This document shows, one piece after another, positions 38,506 through 51,564 of a DNA stretch of 64,000 nucleotides. A program made the position numbers and the translations under genes. The notes under the pieces are model-generated. The model saw only the letters and a list, made by a program, of their open reading frames with translations, was not told where the DNA came from and made no database searches. The stretch spans positions 22,381,360 through 22,445,359 of the forward strand of contig NC_043019.1 in NCBI RefSeq assembly GCF_006345805.1. Reading direction: 5' to 3'. Position 1 is the stretch's first letter, and each line of letters starts with the position of its first letter. This DNA comes from Octopus sinensis (lineage: Eukaryota).

Positions 38506-39369
38506 TGAAATGAGGAGTAGATAGGCAGCCAACAACTGATGAAGTGTCGTTCTTTATGTTACTTGTTCTGTTTTCCATTTGTTTTCGTATTTTATGTTGT
38601 TTACTGTTTGTGACGTCCTGTACCCATATATGATTATGTATATATATATATATATCTTATATTATTATTTGATTGAACGCCATATATTCATTTCCAAGTA
38701 AGTTTATCTTACTCTTTTTCATGAAACTCTACCCTATACTGTTCTCTCCCCTATCATTTTCTCTCTCATCTTTTCTCTTTTCTTTCCCCTTCACCATTTT
38801 CTATCTGTTTGTCTGTCTCTCTCTCTCTCCCTCTTTTTCCTTTGCTCTCTCTTGTTGCTCACACGTGACCATCGTCCATCTTTCTCTTCCTCACATGATC
38901 ATCTTTCTTTTCTTTCAGGGCTGTCCTAGAGGCTAGATGTATCCTATCTATCACTCTCTTCTATCTTTTCACTTGTCAAAGAAAATATTTCTGTAGTGTT
39001 TGCTATTTTACTCTCGTTCTGGTCCAACAATCCTCCTTGTTTGTTTTCTTCAGTTTCCTTGTGTGTCTCCACTGTACTGGTTTTGTTCCCAATCCATAAA
39101 TCCCAAATCTTATTTTGGTATTTGTGGGAGCAACCCCCTTTAAAAACTCACATTGTCATTCAGTGCTCAGTGATACACATTAACTGGTTACAGCATTTTC
39201 CAGACTGGTGTACATGTTTATGCTATGCCTGAAGACAAAAATTACTGTCAGTGCTATATGAAATTTTTATTCTGCCCATCAGTCTTACGATCTATTCATA
39301 CAATTTGATTTGCTTTTGTGATATAAAACATCTAGAAATATTTATTGCATAGTGTTTACTCTATGTCGG

Positions 39370-39797
39370 ATATTATACTCTTTTATTCTTTTACTCTTTT
39401 ACTTGTTTCAGTCATTTGACTGTGGCCATGCTGGAGCACCGCCTTTAATCGAGCAACTCAACCCCGGGACTTATTCTTTTGTAAGCCCAGTACTTATTCT
39501 ATCGGTCTCTTTTGCCGAACCGCTAAGTAACAGGGACATAAACACACCAGCATTGGATGTGAAGCAATGCTAGGGGGACAAACACAGACACACAAACACA
39601 CACGTGCATATATATATATATATATACATATATACGACGGGCTTCTTTCAGTTTCCGTCTACCAAATCCACTCACAAGGCTTTGGTCGGCCCGAGGCTAT
39701 AGTAGAAGACACTTGCCCAAGGTGCCACGCAATGGGACTGAACCCGGAACCATGTGGCTGGTAAACAAGCTACTTACCACACAGCCACTCCTGCGCC
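39370..39797 (-). mobile_element. SINE family A, full length
   Basis: Consensus match. Confidence 0.85.
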
Positions 39798-40389
39798 TGA
39801 ATATGCAAAAACAACACCTTTTCAAATTTCACTCTCCCAATTTAAAATTTTGATTTTGTTTACTTTAAATATATCATAACGAACTGACAAACATATGCAA
39901 ATTGAAATCAAATATAGACAAACACATTAAAGTGAAAAGAATTTGGGTTTTACTTGTGTTTGCCCTAAATATCATCATCATCATCATCGTTTAGCGTCCG
40001 CTTTCCATGCTAGCATGGGTTGGACGGGTCAACTGGGGTCTGTGAAGCTGGAAGGCTTCGTCAGGCCCAGTCAGATCTGGCAGTGTTTCTACGGCTGGAT
40101 GCCCTTCCTAACGCCAACCACTCCGCGAGTGTAGTGGGTGTTTTTTACGTGATAATAATTAAATATGAATTAAATATACACCATTTTATGAGAAACACAT
40201 TAATATGTTTAATGATTACAGTTATAAAGTTTAATATGGGGCTCAAATTTCACCCCCTCCCCCAATTTTAAATTTTGAACCATTTCATCCATTTATTTAT
40301 TTGTCTGTCTATCTCTCTATCCCTATCTGCTTATTCATCTCTCTCTCTCTCTCTCTCTTTCTATTTTATTTACATTAACCATTTTCACA

Positions 40390-41100
40390 TGCAAAAGTAG
40401 TCTGCATGATGGATTCCCCGGATGCTCACACCTTTTCAGAAGCAGGAATAAGTCAATTGCTCCCAGGCTCATTTGGCAATGTGCCAAGAAAATGAGGAGG
40501 ATTTTTATGGCAGACATATCACACAAGATGAAACATGAGTCCATCACTATGAAACTGAGACTAAAGTCCAATCGAAGCAACGGAAGCATGATAACTCACC
40601 ATCTCCAAAGAAGTCTCGTTTCCAAACCTCAGCAGGCAAGGTGATGCTCACAGTCTTTTGGGACTAGCACAGAGTAGTGATGATGGATTTTCTGCCAAAG
40701 GGCACCACACTTAATGGGGTATATTATGCTTCTCTGCTGCCGAAATTGCAGGATGCCATCAAACCAGAGAAGTGTGGCATGCTGACTAAAGGAGTCCACC
40801 TCCTTCAAGACAATGCCTCAGTTTACAATGCGCTTGTTGCCCAGACAAAAGCATATTCCTGCAGCTTTGAAATCCTTCCTCATCTCCCTTACTCTTCTGA
40901 CCTCATACCATCTGACTTCCACCTCTTTCCAACCATAAAGTCTTTTTTGAAGGAGGAGCACTTTTTGGATGATGATGAACTTATTTCTGAGGTAAAATTT
41001 TGACTCCAGACGCAACCTATCAAGGTCTTCACAGCTGCATAAAGCAATGGGAGAAGTCTGTCACCATTGGTAGTGGCTATGTCAAGAAGGACTAATAATT
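40390..41100 (+). mobile_element. mariner (DD34D) transposase pseudogene fragment
   Basis: WIPRML (WVPHEL-like), QDET*VHHY (first D), LLQDNAS-x-LPYSSDLIPSDFHLF with exactly 34 residues between the second and third D; in-frame stops. Confidence 0.88.
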
Positions 41101-41574
41101 ATTCCAAGTTTCACTTATCCCAGTCCTTGGGAAGTGAGTCAGAGGAAATCTTTAATGAGCACCCCTCGCAAATATGTCATGAATATTAAGTTTGTTAGAT
41201 AATATAATCACAGGTCATAATGTGAAACTTATTTTTTTCTGTCTTCTGTTACAAAGAAATGTAGTTGTTCTGTGAGGGTAGTACTCACCTTCCAGTTAGA
41301 TAATCTTTTGTAAATATGCAAATATATATCCGGGAAATGTCAGCTATGTTCTGAAGAGTCACTCTCAATAATGTTAACAAAGGGGTGCATTATAAATAAA
41401 TTTACTGAATAAATCCCCAGATGCCTACATGCAGCTAAACACACATTCACATATTACAATCCTGACCATACATAACTAATGTAAACACAACACCCACAAC
41501 TCTGATTAATCCACCTGAACTTAAGGAACTGTATTCGAATAGCTTGCATTTAGACATCTAAGTTTACTATCTAG

Positions 41575-41610
<36 letters not shown>

Positions 41611-41859
41611 TATATATATATATATATATATGTATATTCCATTTCCTGAGCGCCTATTAATAATAATACTGTAATTGTTCCATTGTTGTTGTTTTTTTTG
41701 TTTCCCGTTTGGATTAAAAATATATATATATATATACACACACACAGAGGGAGAGAGTTTTTGAAGTGATGTACAGATATTGTATATTTAGAATGATAAG
41801 GTAGTCAGAATGTTGGATATTATTATTATATTTTTATTTACGTTTTATTTACATTTTCA

Positions 41860-42835
41860 TGTCCAGCAGATGCACAGGGGCAATAGACACCACAGATACT
41901 CAGAAAACAGATTCCATCACACTCCAGGGGGAGAAACTAGAAGTAGTTGATAACTTCTGCTACCTTCTGTGACCAAGTTAGTAGTGGGGGTGGCTGCTCA
42001 GAGAGTGTTACCACTAGAATACGAATAGCCTGAGCAAAGTTTAGAAAGCTTCTTTCCCTACTGGCGACAAAGAGTTTCTCACTCACAGTGAATTGTAGAT
42101 TGTACGACGCATGTGTGCGAACTGCCATGCTTCATGGCAGTGAAACATGGGCCGTGACTGCTGAGAGCATGCGTAGGCTCTAAAGAAATGAGGCTAGCAT
42201 GATCCGCTGGATGGCTATTGTCAGTATGCACACACAACAGTGTGTAAGCACCCTGAGAGAAATGCTGGACATAAGACGCATTGGATGTGGTGTGCAGGAG
42301 AGACGTTTACACTGGTATGGTCATGTACTATGGATGGATGAGGAGAGATGTGTGAAGAAGTGCCACTCTCAAATAGTTGAAGGAATCCGGGATAGAGGTA
42401 GACCCAGGAAGACATGGGATGAGGTGATGAAGCATGACCTTCGAACGTTGGGCCTCACAGAGGCAATGATGAAAGACCGACACCTCTGAGATATGCTGTG
42501 ACTATGAAGACCTGACAAATGAAGTGACTTCATGGGTCGCAGTATGGCCTTCTGTGCTTACCTTTGATCGTAGGGCGACCTGCTGTGCTAGAAGAGACCT
42601 ATTGAGTCAAGCACATTAACATCAACATCAAAAAATAAAAATCAAATGGAAATTGTAGTTGTGATACACGTGCCGGTGGCACGTAAAAACCACAATCCAA
42701 ACGTGGCCGATGCCAGTGCCGCCTTGACTGGCATCTGTGCCAGTGGCACATAAAAAACACCAACCGATCATGGACATTGCCAGCTTCATTTGGCCGCTGT
42801 GCCAGTGACACGTAAAACGCACCCACTACACTCCT
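41860..42835 (+). mobile_element. Decayed RTE LINE 3' portion (ORF2 end + start of 3' UTR)
   Basis: QGEKLEVVDNFCY...RLHWYGHVLWMDEERCVKKC...RGRPRKTWDEVMKHDL; homologous to the minus-strand RTE at 43838-46635. Confidence 0.85.
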
Positions 42836-43060
42836 GTTGCAGGTTCAATCCGAGGAATATTGAAATGATACCCATCTTGTCCATTCCACAGAATAAGAGT
42901 ATACCAGAAAGCATGATAAGAGGGATGAGTCTGTGAAACACGTTTAAGGTTGTTATTTTGAACACAAATGAGAATATCATGGTTTTCATGGGGATCACCA
43001 ACCATAAGGATGACTACTTCATTAGATGTGGACTCATTAAAACAGTGCAAAATGTTCTTT
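42836..43060 (-). mobile_element. Helitron Rep/helicase coding fragment
   Basis: FNESTSNEVVILMVGDPHENHDILI..NNNLKRVSQTHPSYHAFWYTLILWNGQDGYHFNI resembles the Helitron FNAP...EVA...RDI...L.RISETH.SYDALQYPL...GEDGY segment. Confidence 0.65.
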
Positions 43061-43414
43061 ACTTTAGATGTAAGGAACGCAGAAACACACTCAGAATTAA
43101 TAATATTGAAAACAGCAAAATGTACATATACGAAGTTGAAGCAAAATGAAATGTAATCAATTTGGGTACAAAACCTACTTTCTGTAGCATAGTTATTCTA
43201 TAAAAAAATGGAAAGTCAGCAATTTGGTAAAAGTTGGTATGTGTCACCAATGTAACAAAGTACAGAGAGTTAACACATATTTGGAATATGTACTAAATGT
43301 TATCAAATTCATGATTGAATGAATGTCACTGTGAAGAAAGTGGAAAGCCGAGAAGATTCAGAAGCATAATTATTACATATATACTTATCATATATATATA
43401 TATATTATATATAT

Positions 43415-43448
<34 letters not shown>

Positions 43449-43795
43449 CATGAATGTGAGTTTCTGTTTGTGTGTATATGTGTATACGTATGTATATTTA
43501 TATATATATGTATGAGTGTATTAGTATATCTAATATATATATATATATATATATCATCATCATCATCATCGTTTAGCGTCCGCTTTCCATGCTAGCATGG
43601 GTTGGACGGTTCAACTGGGGTCTGGGAAGCCAGAAGGCTGCACCAGGCCCAGTCTGATCTGGCAATGTTTCTATGGCTGGATGACCTTCCTAACGCCAAC
43701 CACTCCGTGAGTGTAGTGGCTGCTTTTTACGTGCCAGCTGAGGCTGGCAAACAGCCACGATTGGATGATGCTTTTTACATGCCACCGGCACTTTT

Positions 43796-43837
<42 letters not shown>

Positions 43838-43840
<3 letters not shown>

Positions 43841-46635
43841 TCATCATCATCGTTTAACGTCCGCTTTCCATGCTAGCATGGGTTGGACGGTTCAACTGGG
43901 GTCTGGCAAGCCCGAAGGCTACACCAGGCCAGTCAGATCTGGCAGTGTTTCTACAGCTGGATGCCCTTCCTAACGCCAACCACTCCGAGAGTGTAGTGGG
44001 TGATTTTATGTGCCACCGACACAGGTGCCAGACGAGGCTGGCAGACGGCCACGCTCGGATGGTGTTTTTTATGTGCCACCGACACAGGTGCCAGACGAGG
44101 CTGGCAGACGGCCACGCTCGGATGGTGTTTTTTATGTGCCACCGACACAGGTGCCAGACGAGGCTGGCAGACGGCCACGCTCGGATGGTGTTTTTTATGT
44201 GCCACCGACACAGGTGCCAGACGAGGCTGGCAGACGGCCACGCTCGGATGGTTTTTTTTATGTGCCACCGACACAGGTGCCAGACGAGGCTGGCAGACGG
44301 CCACGCTCGGATATGGTGTTTTCGGTGTTTTTCTTATGTGCACCGACACAGGTGCCAGACGGGGCTGGCAGACGGCCACACTCGGATATGGTGTTTTCGG
44401 TGTTTTTCTTATGTGCCACCGACACAGGTGCCAGACGGGGCTGGCAGACGGCCACGCTCGGATATGGTGTTTTCGGTGTTTTTCTTATGTGCCACTGACA
44501 CAGGTGCCAGACGAGGCTGGCGAACGGCTACGATCGGATGGTGTTTGTTACGAGCCCACGGCACGGAAGCCAGTCGATGCGGTACTGGCTACGGTCCCGT
44601 ACGGATGGTTTTCTTATGTGCCACCGGCACTGGTACCACAGGGATACAAATTCCATTGATGTTCATCTATTTTGATTTGGTTTGACTTGATTCAATTTGA
44701 CTTTGATTTGATTTGCCTCAACAGGTCTTCACAAGTGTCACAAGCAGGAAGGTATGCACAGGTGGACTGACTACGTCCCAGGTAGGGGACACGGGTTATG
44801 GCTTCACTAGTCTTGCCGGGTCTTCTCACGCACAGCATACTTCCATAGGTCTCGGTCTCTAGTCATTTCCATGGTGAGACCTAACGTTCGAAGGTCGTGC
44901 TTCACCACCTCGTCCCAGGTTTTCCTGGGTCTACCTCTTCCATGGGTTCCCTCAACTGCTAGGGATTGGCACTTTCTCACACACCTATCTTCATCCATTC
45001 TCGCCACATGACCATACCAGCGCAATCGTCTCTCTTACACGCAACAACTGATGCTTCTTAGGTACAACATTTCTCTCAGGGAACTAACGCTCTGTCGAGT
45101 AAGTACACTGACATTACACATCCATCGGAGCATACTGGCTTCATTCCTCATGAGCTTACGCATGTCCTCAGCAGTCACGGCCCATGTTTCACTGCCATGT
45201 AGCATGGCAGTTCGAACACATGCATCATACAGTCTCTGAGCGAGAGGCCTTTAGTCACCAGCAGAGGTAAGAGCTCCCTAAACTTTGCCCAGGCTATTCT
45301 TATTCTAGCAGTTACACTCTCAGCGCACCCACCCCCACTACTGACTTGGTCACCTAGATAACGGAAGCTATCAACTACTTCTAATTTTTCCCCCTGGAAA
45401 GTGACGGAAGTTGTTTTCTGCAGATTTTCGGAGGTCAATGCTCCCGAGCATCTGCCACATATAAAAACTATCTTCCCAGTTAGCCTACCTTTGACATTGC
45501 TGCACCTCTTATGTGTCCATAGCTTACACACTGGGTACATCTTATAGAGTTTCTACCTACACCTTTTCTACAGATCGAGCAGGGCCATCTTCCTGAGGAC
45601 ATTTGTGGATTGCCTACCTTTCTACTTATTAGTACTTTGGTTTTAGCTAGGTTGACTCTAAGGCCCCTCGCTTCTAAACCCTCCTTCCACACCTGGAACT
45701 TCTCCTCCAGTTCTGATAGTGACTCAGCAATTAGAGCGAGGTCGTCAGCATAGAGGAGCTCCCAGGGGCAACCTGTCTTGAATTCCTCTGTTATTGCCTG
45801 GAGGACTATGATAAATAGGAGGGGGCTGAGTACTGAACTCTGGTGGACCCCAACCTCTACTTTGAATTCTTCTGTGTACATGTTGCCAACCCTAACCTTG
45901 CTTATGGCATCTCTGTACATGGCTTGCACAGCTCTCACCAGCCATTCATCTATCCCTAGTTTCCTCATTGACCACCAGATGAGGGATCGGGGGACCCTAT
46001 CAAAGGCTTTCTCCATATCAACGAAAGCCAGGTACAGGGGCTTATCTTTGGCTAGGTATTTCTCCTGCAGCTGCCTTACCAGGAATATAGCATCAGTGGT
46101 GCTTTTCCCTGGCACAAACCCAAACTGCATCTCATCTAAACTAACTCTCTCTCTAATTAGTTGGGCTATGACCCTCTCCGTAACCTTCATTACCTGATCC
46201 AACAGCTTGATACCTCTGTAATTATTTGTATCTAGGGCATCACCTTTACCTTTGTAGCAGTTGACTAGTACGCTGCTACACACCAGTCATTGGGTATGAC
46301 TCCTTCGTGTATCACCTGGTTGACTATACGGGTGACTAGGTTATAGCCGACACTGCCAGATATTTTGAGCATCTCTGCAGTAATTCCTGATGGGCCTGGG
46401 GCTTTCCTGTCTTCATGCTTCTAATTGCCTTAGCTACCACGGAACTATCAACTCGGATAGCTGGTCCCTCTGTTGGGTCAACATTCGGCAGACTCTCTTT
46501 ATCCCATTCATTTTCTTTATTCAGCAACCTTTCATAGTGGTATCTCCAAACCTCTCTCTTTGCATCCTCATTTAGCGCAAGTGAACCATCATCCATGCGA
46601 ACACACTTCTCTCCTACCACATCACGATTCTCTCT
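43838..46635 (-). mobile_element. 5'-truncated RTE-clade LINE: RT, PHD-like finger, C-terminus, 3' UTR with tandem array and (GAT)n tail
   Basis: RT motifs NYRGIKLLDQVMK, QFGF.PGKSTTDAIF, FVDMEKAFDRV, GVHQSSVLSPLLF, LLYADDLAL; C-terminal RWYGHVARM...GRGRPRKTW; frameshifts present. The 3' UTR array at 44008-44549 has 63-bp and 75/76-bp units. Confidence 0.92.
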
Positions 46636-47019
46636 CACACATATATATATACATATATGTATGTCTGTGTATGTGTAAATGTTTGTGTGTGTGTGTATGT
46701 GAGAGTATTTACATATGTGTATCTGTTTTTTACCAAGGTAGGAGTGTAGACCCTATACAGGCCCATTTTTACCTCTGGGAAGATATAGTCCATGTTAGTC
46801 TGGCCTCCATCCTTTGTCCTGTTCATCATGGAAGGCCCTACCAAGACCTTGCGCTCCTCCAGTATACCTCTCAAGATCTTTGAGGCACACAAGCCATAGC
46901 ACCACAAGGACTTGACCTTGCGGTGGATGCTTTCAACATGAAAAGACAACAGTTTCAGGGATCCTACTTTTGTCTCCTCTTATTTGTTATATAAAAATAG
47001 AAAAAAATAAAATAAACCT

Positions 47020-47230
47020 TTCTACTATTGCCACAAGGCCTGAAAGTTTTGGGAGAGGAGGTAAGTCGATTACATCGACACCAGTGTGTAACTGGTACTT
47101 ACTTCATCGACCCTGAAAGGATGAAAGGCAAAGTTGACCTCGGCAGAATTTGGATTCAAAACGTGCAGTTGGATGAAATACTATTAAGCATTTTGCCTAG
47201 TTTGCTAACAATTCTGCCAACTCATCACCT
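47020..47230 (-). mobile_element. SINE family B (diverged); further copies at ~29205-29425, 49205-49435, 60993-61218
   Basis: gaaaggatgaaaggcaaagt.gacct and ttgaactcagaacgt blocks. Confidence 0.75.
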
Positions 47231-48427
47231 TAATATTAATAATATAAAAACATGTGAGTACATTGTTGTATAACAGGATTTGATCTTTAGAATCTACTGC
47301 TTATTTTAACTGACTTTCCGGTTAGGCAGCCTTCTAACCTAGGCATAGAACCTGAAATTTGAAGAGAGAAATAGTTTAGTTTATGAAATCAACCCCAGTA
47401 TTTGACTGTTAGTTTATTTTACAAGAGCAGGAATGCTTGTGTGGTTAAGAAGTTTGCTTCACAACCATGTGATCTCAAGTTCAGTCCCACTGCAGGACAC
47501 CTTAGGTAAGTGTCTTTGACTTACAGCCCCAGGGTTACCAGAGACTTGTGAGTGGATTTGGTCAGCAGAAAGTAAAAGAAATCCATCATATACTCACATA
47601 GACATATATATATATGTTAGTGTATGTTTATGAGTATCCTTGTCTTGCTTGGCATTCTGGTTATAAACAAGGATCACCGTTATGGAAACAATGTTGTTTA
47701 TTCCTAGTCTTCCATCAAAAACATGTCAGGTCACGGTGCGACTGGCAGCAAGAAGGAAGGGCATCGGGCCATAGAAAATCCACCTCAACAAAATTGCATC
47801 TAACCCATGCAAGCAGGGAAAAGTGGATGTTAGATTATGATGATGATGATGACCCTGGAGGGATAAGAGGCTAAGTTGACCTCAGTAAGTTTTGCACTCA
47901 GATTACAAGGAGCCTGAACAAACATTGCCAGGCAGTTTTATATATATATTTTTTCTTTGCCACTCTTAAAATTTTTGCAATCCACCACACTAAATATCTG
48001 TGATAATATATAATAACTTAGTTACCCCACAAACACATATAAATAATGCATACATACATCCTTCCTTCCTTTCTTCCTTCTTCCCACCCTCCCTCCCTCT
48101 AGATTCTATATCCAGATTACATATTTACATGTATACCAATAATAAACTGGAGCACTTGGTTTTGTAAGTAAATGCTTAATTGTCTGGATAAGTTTGGATT
48201 TTTAGAAAAAAAAAAATCAACCGATTTGCATGTTACAAATATGATCTGTAAGTGGAACAGTAAAACTATGCAAAACTTTTCTTAGATTTAAAATGTGACG
48301 TTGCTTTTGTTATCTACACTTTAGTGATGGAGCTTTGTCTCTTTATTAGAAACCAGCTCCTTCAGAAGAAGAAGAATTTAAACAATTAAAAACAGAAAAG
48401 AACGAACATACATACTTACATACGTAC

Positions 48428-48674
48428 ATTCATCCCTTCATTCATTCATTCATTCATCCCTTCATTCATTCATTCATTCATCCCTTCATTCATTTATTCA
48501 TTCATTCATTCATTCATTCATCCCTTCATTCATTCATTCATTCATTTATTCATTCATTCATTCATTCATTCATCCCTTCATTCATTCATTCATTCATTCA
48601 TTCATTCATTCATTCATTCATTCATCCCTTCATTCATTCATCCCTTCATTCATTTATTCATTCATTCATTCATT
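48428..48674. repeat. (TTCA)n tetranucleotide array with periodic TCCCT interruptions
   Basis: Direct reading; ends about 200 nt upstream of CHAC2 exon 2. Confidence 0.9.
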
Positions 48675-48870
48675 CTATAGTACATTCTGCTCTATACCTT
48701 TCTCTATAACCCTTCAATGCTCTCACCTCATTAACTCAATCACGTGTTCTCTTCTTTGGTTTCTAAACAATTTTGTGTTAATGTTTTAGTACTTTTTTTT
48801 TGTTTTGCCATTACGACTAAAGCCATGCTGGAGCATCAAACTAAGACTTGATTATTTTCTATATTTTCAG

Positions 48871-48912
48871 CCAGGCAGAGTGGTTACATTGGTACAAAGT
48901 GATAATCCTGAG
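48871..48912 (+). CDS. CHAC2: CHAC2-like coding exon 2 (42 nt, not in ORF track)
   Basis: Found by searching for the missing conserved PGRVVTL segment. Acceptor ttttctatattttcAG, then CCA GGC AGA GTG GTT ACA TTG GTA CAA AGT GAT AAT CCT GAG = PGRVVTLVQSDNPE, then donor GTAGGT. Phase 0 at both ends, compatible with exons 1 and 3. Confidence 0.92.
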
Positions 48913-48919
48913 GTAGGTT

Positions 48920-49175
48920 AGAACCTTTCTCTTACTGAGTGATATGGTGACTGTTACTAGAAGAGGGACCCAAACTTTTCTCTTACTGCATGACATAGTT
49001 ATCAAAAGAGGAACAGAAACTTCCTCTTATTTGTATGACTTAATGATAATTACTAGAAGTGGATCCAAAACTGTCCCTTACTGTGTGACGTAGTGATAGT
49101 TACTAGAAAAGGGATCTAAGCCTCTTATTGTATGACATACTGATAGTTAGTAGAAGAGGGAAGCGAATCTTACTA
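48920..49175. repeat. Degenerate ~50-bp tandem repeat, about 5 units
   Basis: Recurrent ctcttact.tatgacatagtgatagttactagaagaggga motif starting directly after the exon 2 donor. Confidence 0.65.
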
Positions 49176-49439
49176 CGTATTTTCTTAAGGAGTGCCTTAA
49201 TGCTCTTGTCTTTAAATAATGATTTCAAATTTTGGCACTAGGCCAGCAATTTTGGGGGAGGGTTTAAGCTGGTACAATGACACCAGTGTTTGACTGTCAC
49301 TTATTTTTTGACCCCGAGAGGATGAAAGGCAAAGTCCGTCTTGGCAGAATTTGAATTCAGAGCATAAAGATGGATGAAATGCCATCAAATATTTTGCCCA
49401 GCATACTAATGATTCTGCCTGCTCGTTGCCTTACCATCA

Positions 49440-50000
49440 CTAATTATATTAACACTAACATATTTATCTTTCAATTTATCTCACCATGTAATTATTTCAA
49501 ACGAGCCTTTTATGCCCTCTTCATTAAATATATTAAAATTAAGTAACAGCTTGTTTCTGTATTTATTCTCACAACATAATCATTTCTAATTAGCTATTCA
49601 GTTTTCTCTTGATTAAACATTTTAATGCTAAGTTACATATCTGTGAGTGTGTTTTTCTGTCTCACTACGTAATTATTTGTAATTAACTTTTTAATGCTCC
49701 CTTCATTAAACATATTTAAAGTAACTTCAAGTGCTTATCTCTTTGGTTCCCAGCATAATTGTTTCTAATTAGCTTTTAATACTCCCTTCATTAAATATAT
49801 TAAGATTAACTTAATTATTTGTCTTTTGAATTATCTAACTTCATAATTATATTTAATTAACTTTTTAGTGCTCTCTTTGTTAATTATATTAAGACTAACT
49901 TACTTAACTATCTGTTTGTCTAACCACATAATTATTACTAATTGGAATTTTTAATACTTCTTCCATTAACCATATTTATACCAACTTAATTATTATTCTA
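49440..50000. repeat. Degenerate AT-rich ~85-90-bp tandem repeat
   Basis: Recurrent (g/a)ctcccttcattaaatatattaa...aacttaatt at ~49513, 49695, 49779, 49868 and 49955. Confidence 0.55.
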
Positions 50001-51564
50001 TAGTTTTATATTATCCTGTCTTTGAAAAAGAAAAAAAAACCCTGCATTTTATTTTATGAAGCATATGATTGTTTGCAGATTGCCATTATAAGGTCTTGAA
50101 CTCTTTTGGTATCAACCTATCTAAGAATCCATTTATACCCCAGTTCCATATTCTAGAAAATACTGAAAAAGTTACTACAGCCATACACCTATGCACAAAC
50201 ATAGCACCAACATGGGACTCCGTTTTGACCTGTTCTCTTTTATTGCTCAAACTTCTTAACTTCTTCTCACCTTCTCAGTCAGATTATTGCTTTGAGTGGA
50301 CAGTCACTTAATAGAGTCATGTGCATCCTTTAATCTTATGAGCAAGTAAGGACAACCCTAGTATTGATGGTGCCATGCTAAAATGCAATTGGTACGTTGT
50401 AAAATGATTAGCAGATGAGTGAAGATGACACGAGACTGAGAGAATCTTTTAGTCCTGCTGAGGACATGACAACTCCTCTGGGGCTGGTGCTACAATAAAA
50501 TATACCCAGTTCAATCTGTAAGGTGTTTGGTGATTGATAAGAAAGGCACCCAGTCAGAGAAATCAAGCCAAAACTGAAATGCATAGCAAGACATGGTCCT
50601 CTATTATGTGACAATAGTGCCCTCATGCTTGGAGAAGTTCTCCAACACTTACAATATCAGCTTTTATTGGTGAAGGTCGACCACCCATCTACATCTATGT
50701 ACAGTCCTGGGCAAGATATTTTGAGAGGCAAAGCTAGCAGTTGCTCATTGAGGCAAGTTTCTCTCCTCTCCACATTACAAATTTTTATCCAAAGGAAAAA
50801 CTACCAAGCTGGTCTGATACACTTGGCACCAGTGTTGTCACAGGCGTTGCTGTCAGAAAACAAAGAGCTGGAATAAATATACCAAGGTATCTTGCTTCAA
50901 CTTTCTAATAGTTTTGCTAATCCACTGTCTTTATTGACTCTGAACAGATAAACAGCAAAGTTGACCTCAACAGGATTGAACTCAGATTGCAGAGAGTTGG
51001 AACAAAGAACATGAAGCATTGTAACCCACACTGTAATGACTCTGTAAACTCACCCCATCCAAAAGCAGCAACAGTAAAAGCTTTGTGACTAAGAAATAGT
51101 TGTTGCCTTTGGGTATATTTTTACTGTGGCACCAGCAATAGAAGGGTTGTCATGTCCTTGACAAGACCAAAAGATCCTCTCAAACCCTTTGTCATTTTCA
51201 CTTGTTTGCCCACCACTTTACAATGTACTAAATGCATTTTATCATGGCACAAGCAACACTAGGGTTTTCTTTACTTTTATTCATTAAATTTTCCATGTAG
51301 GCAGCACATAGATAATGTAGCTTTGCGGGCTGGACACAGACATTGATGAGGCGAATGATTATGATACAAAAATGATAAAGATGGGAGAAGACAGAAAGCG
51401 TCCTCTGACCCTTTGCTTCTCTAGGGTTTTCTTTACTTGCCCATAAGTCTACATTACTATATCAAGTGTTTGTTTACTGAAAGCAACAATATATGATGGT
51501 GAGTAGGAGCTAGGAAATTTGTTTGTTTAATGTTGTGTTTTTAACTTCTCTTTCTTTTCCACAG

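Noticed and set aside
43870-44685. 271-aa, 219-aa and 162-aa overlapping ORFs with 21-aa repeats
   Set aside because: By-product of a stop-free 63-bp tandem unit; open in several frames and on both strands.
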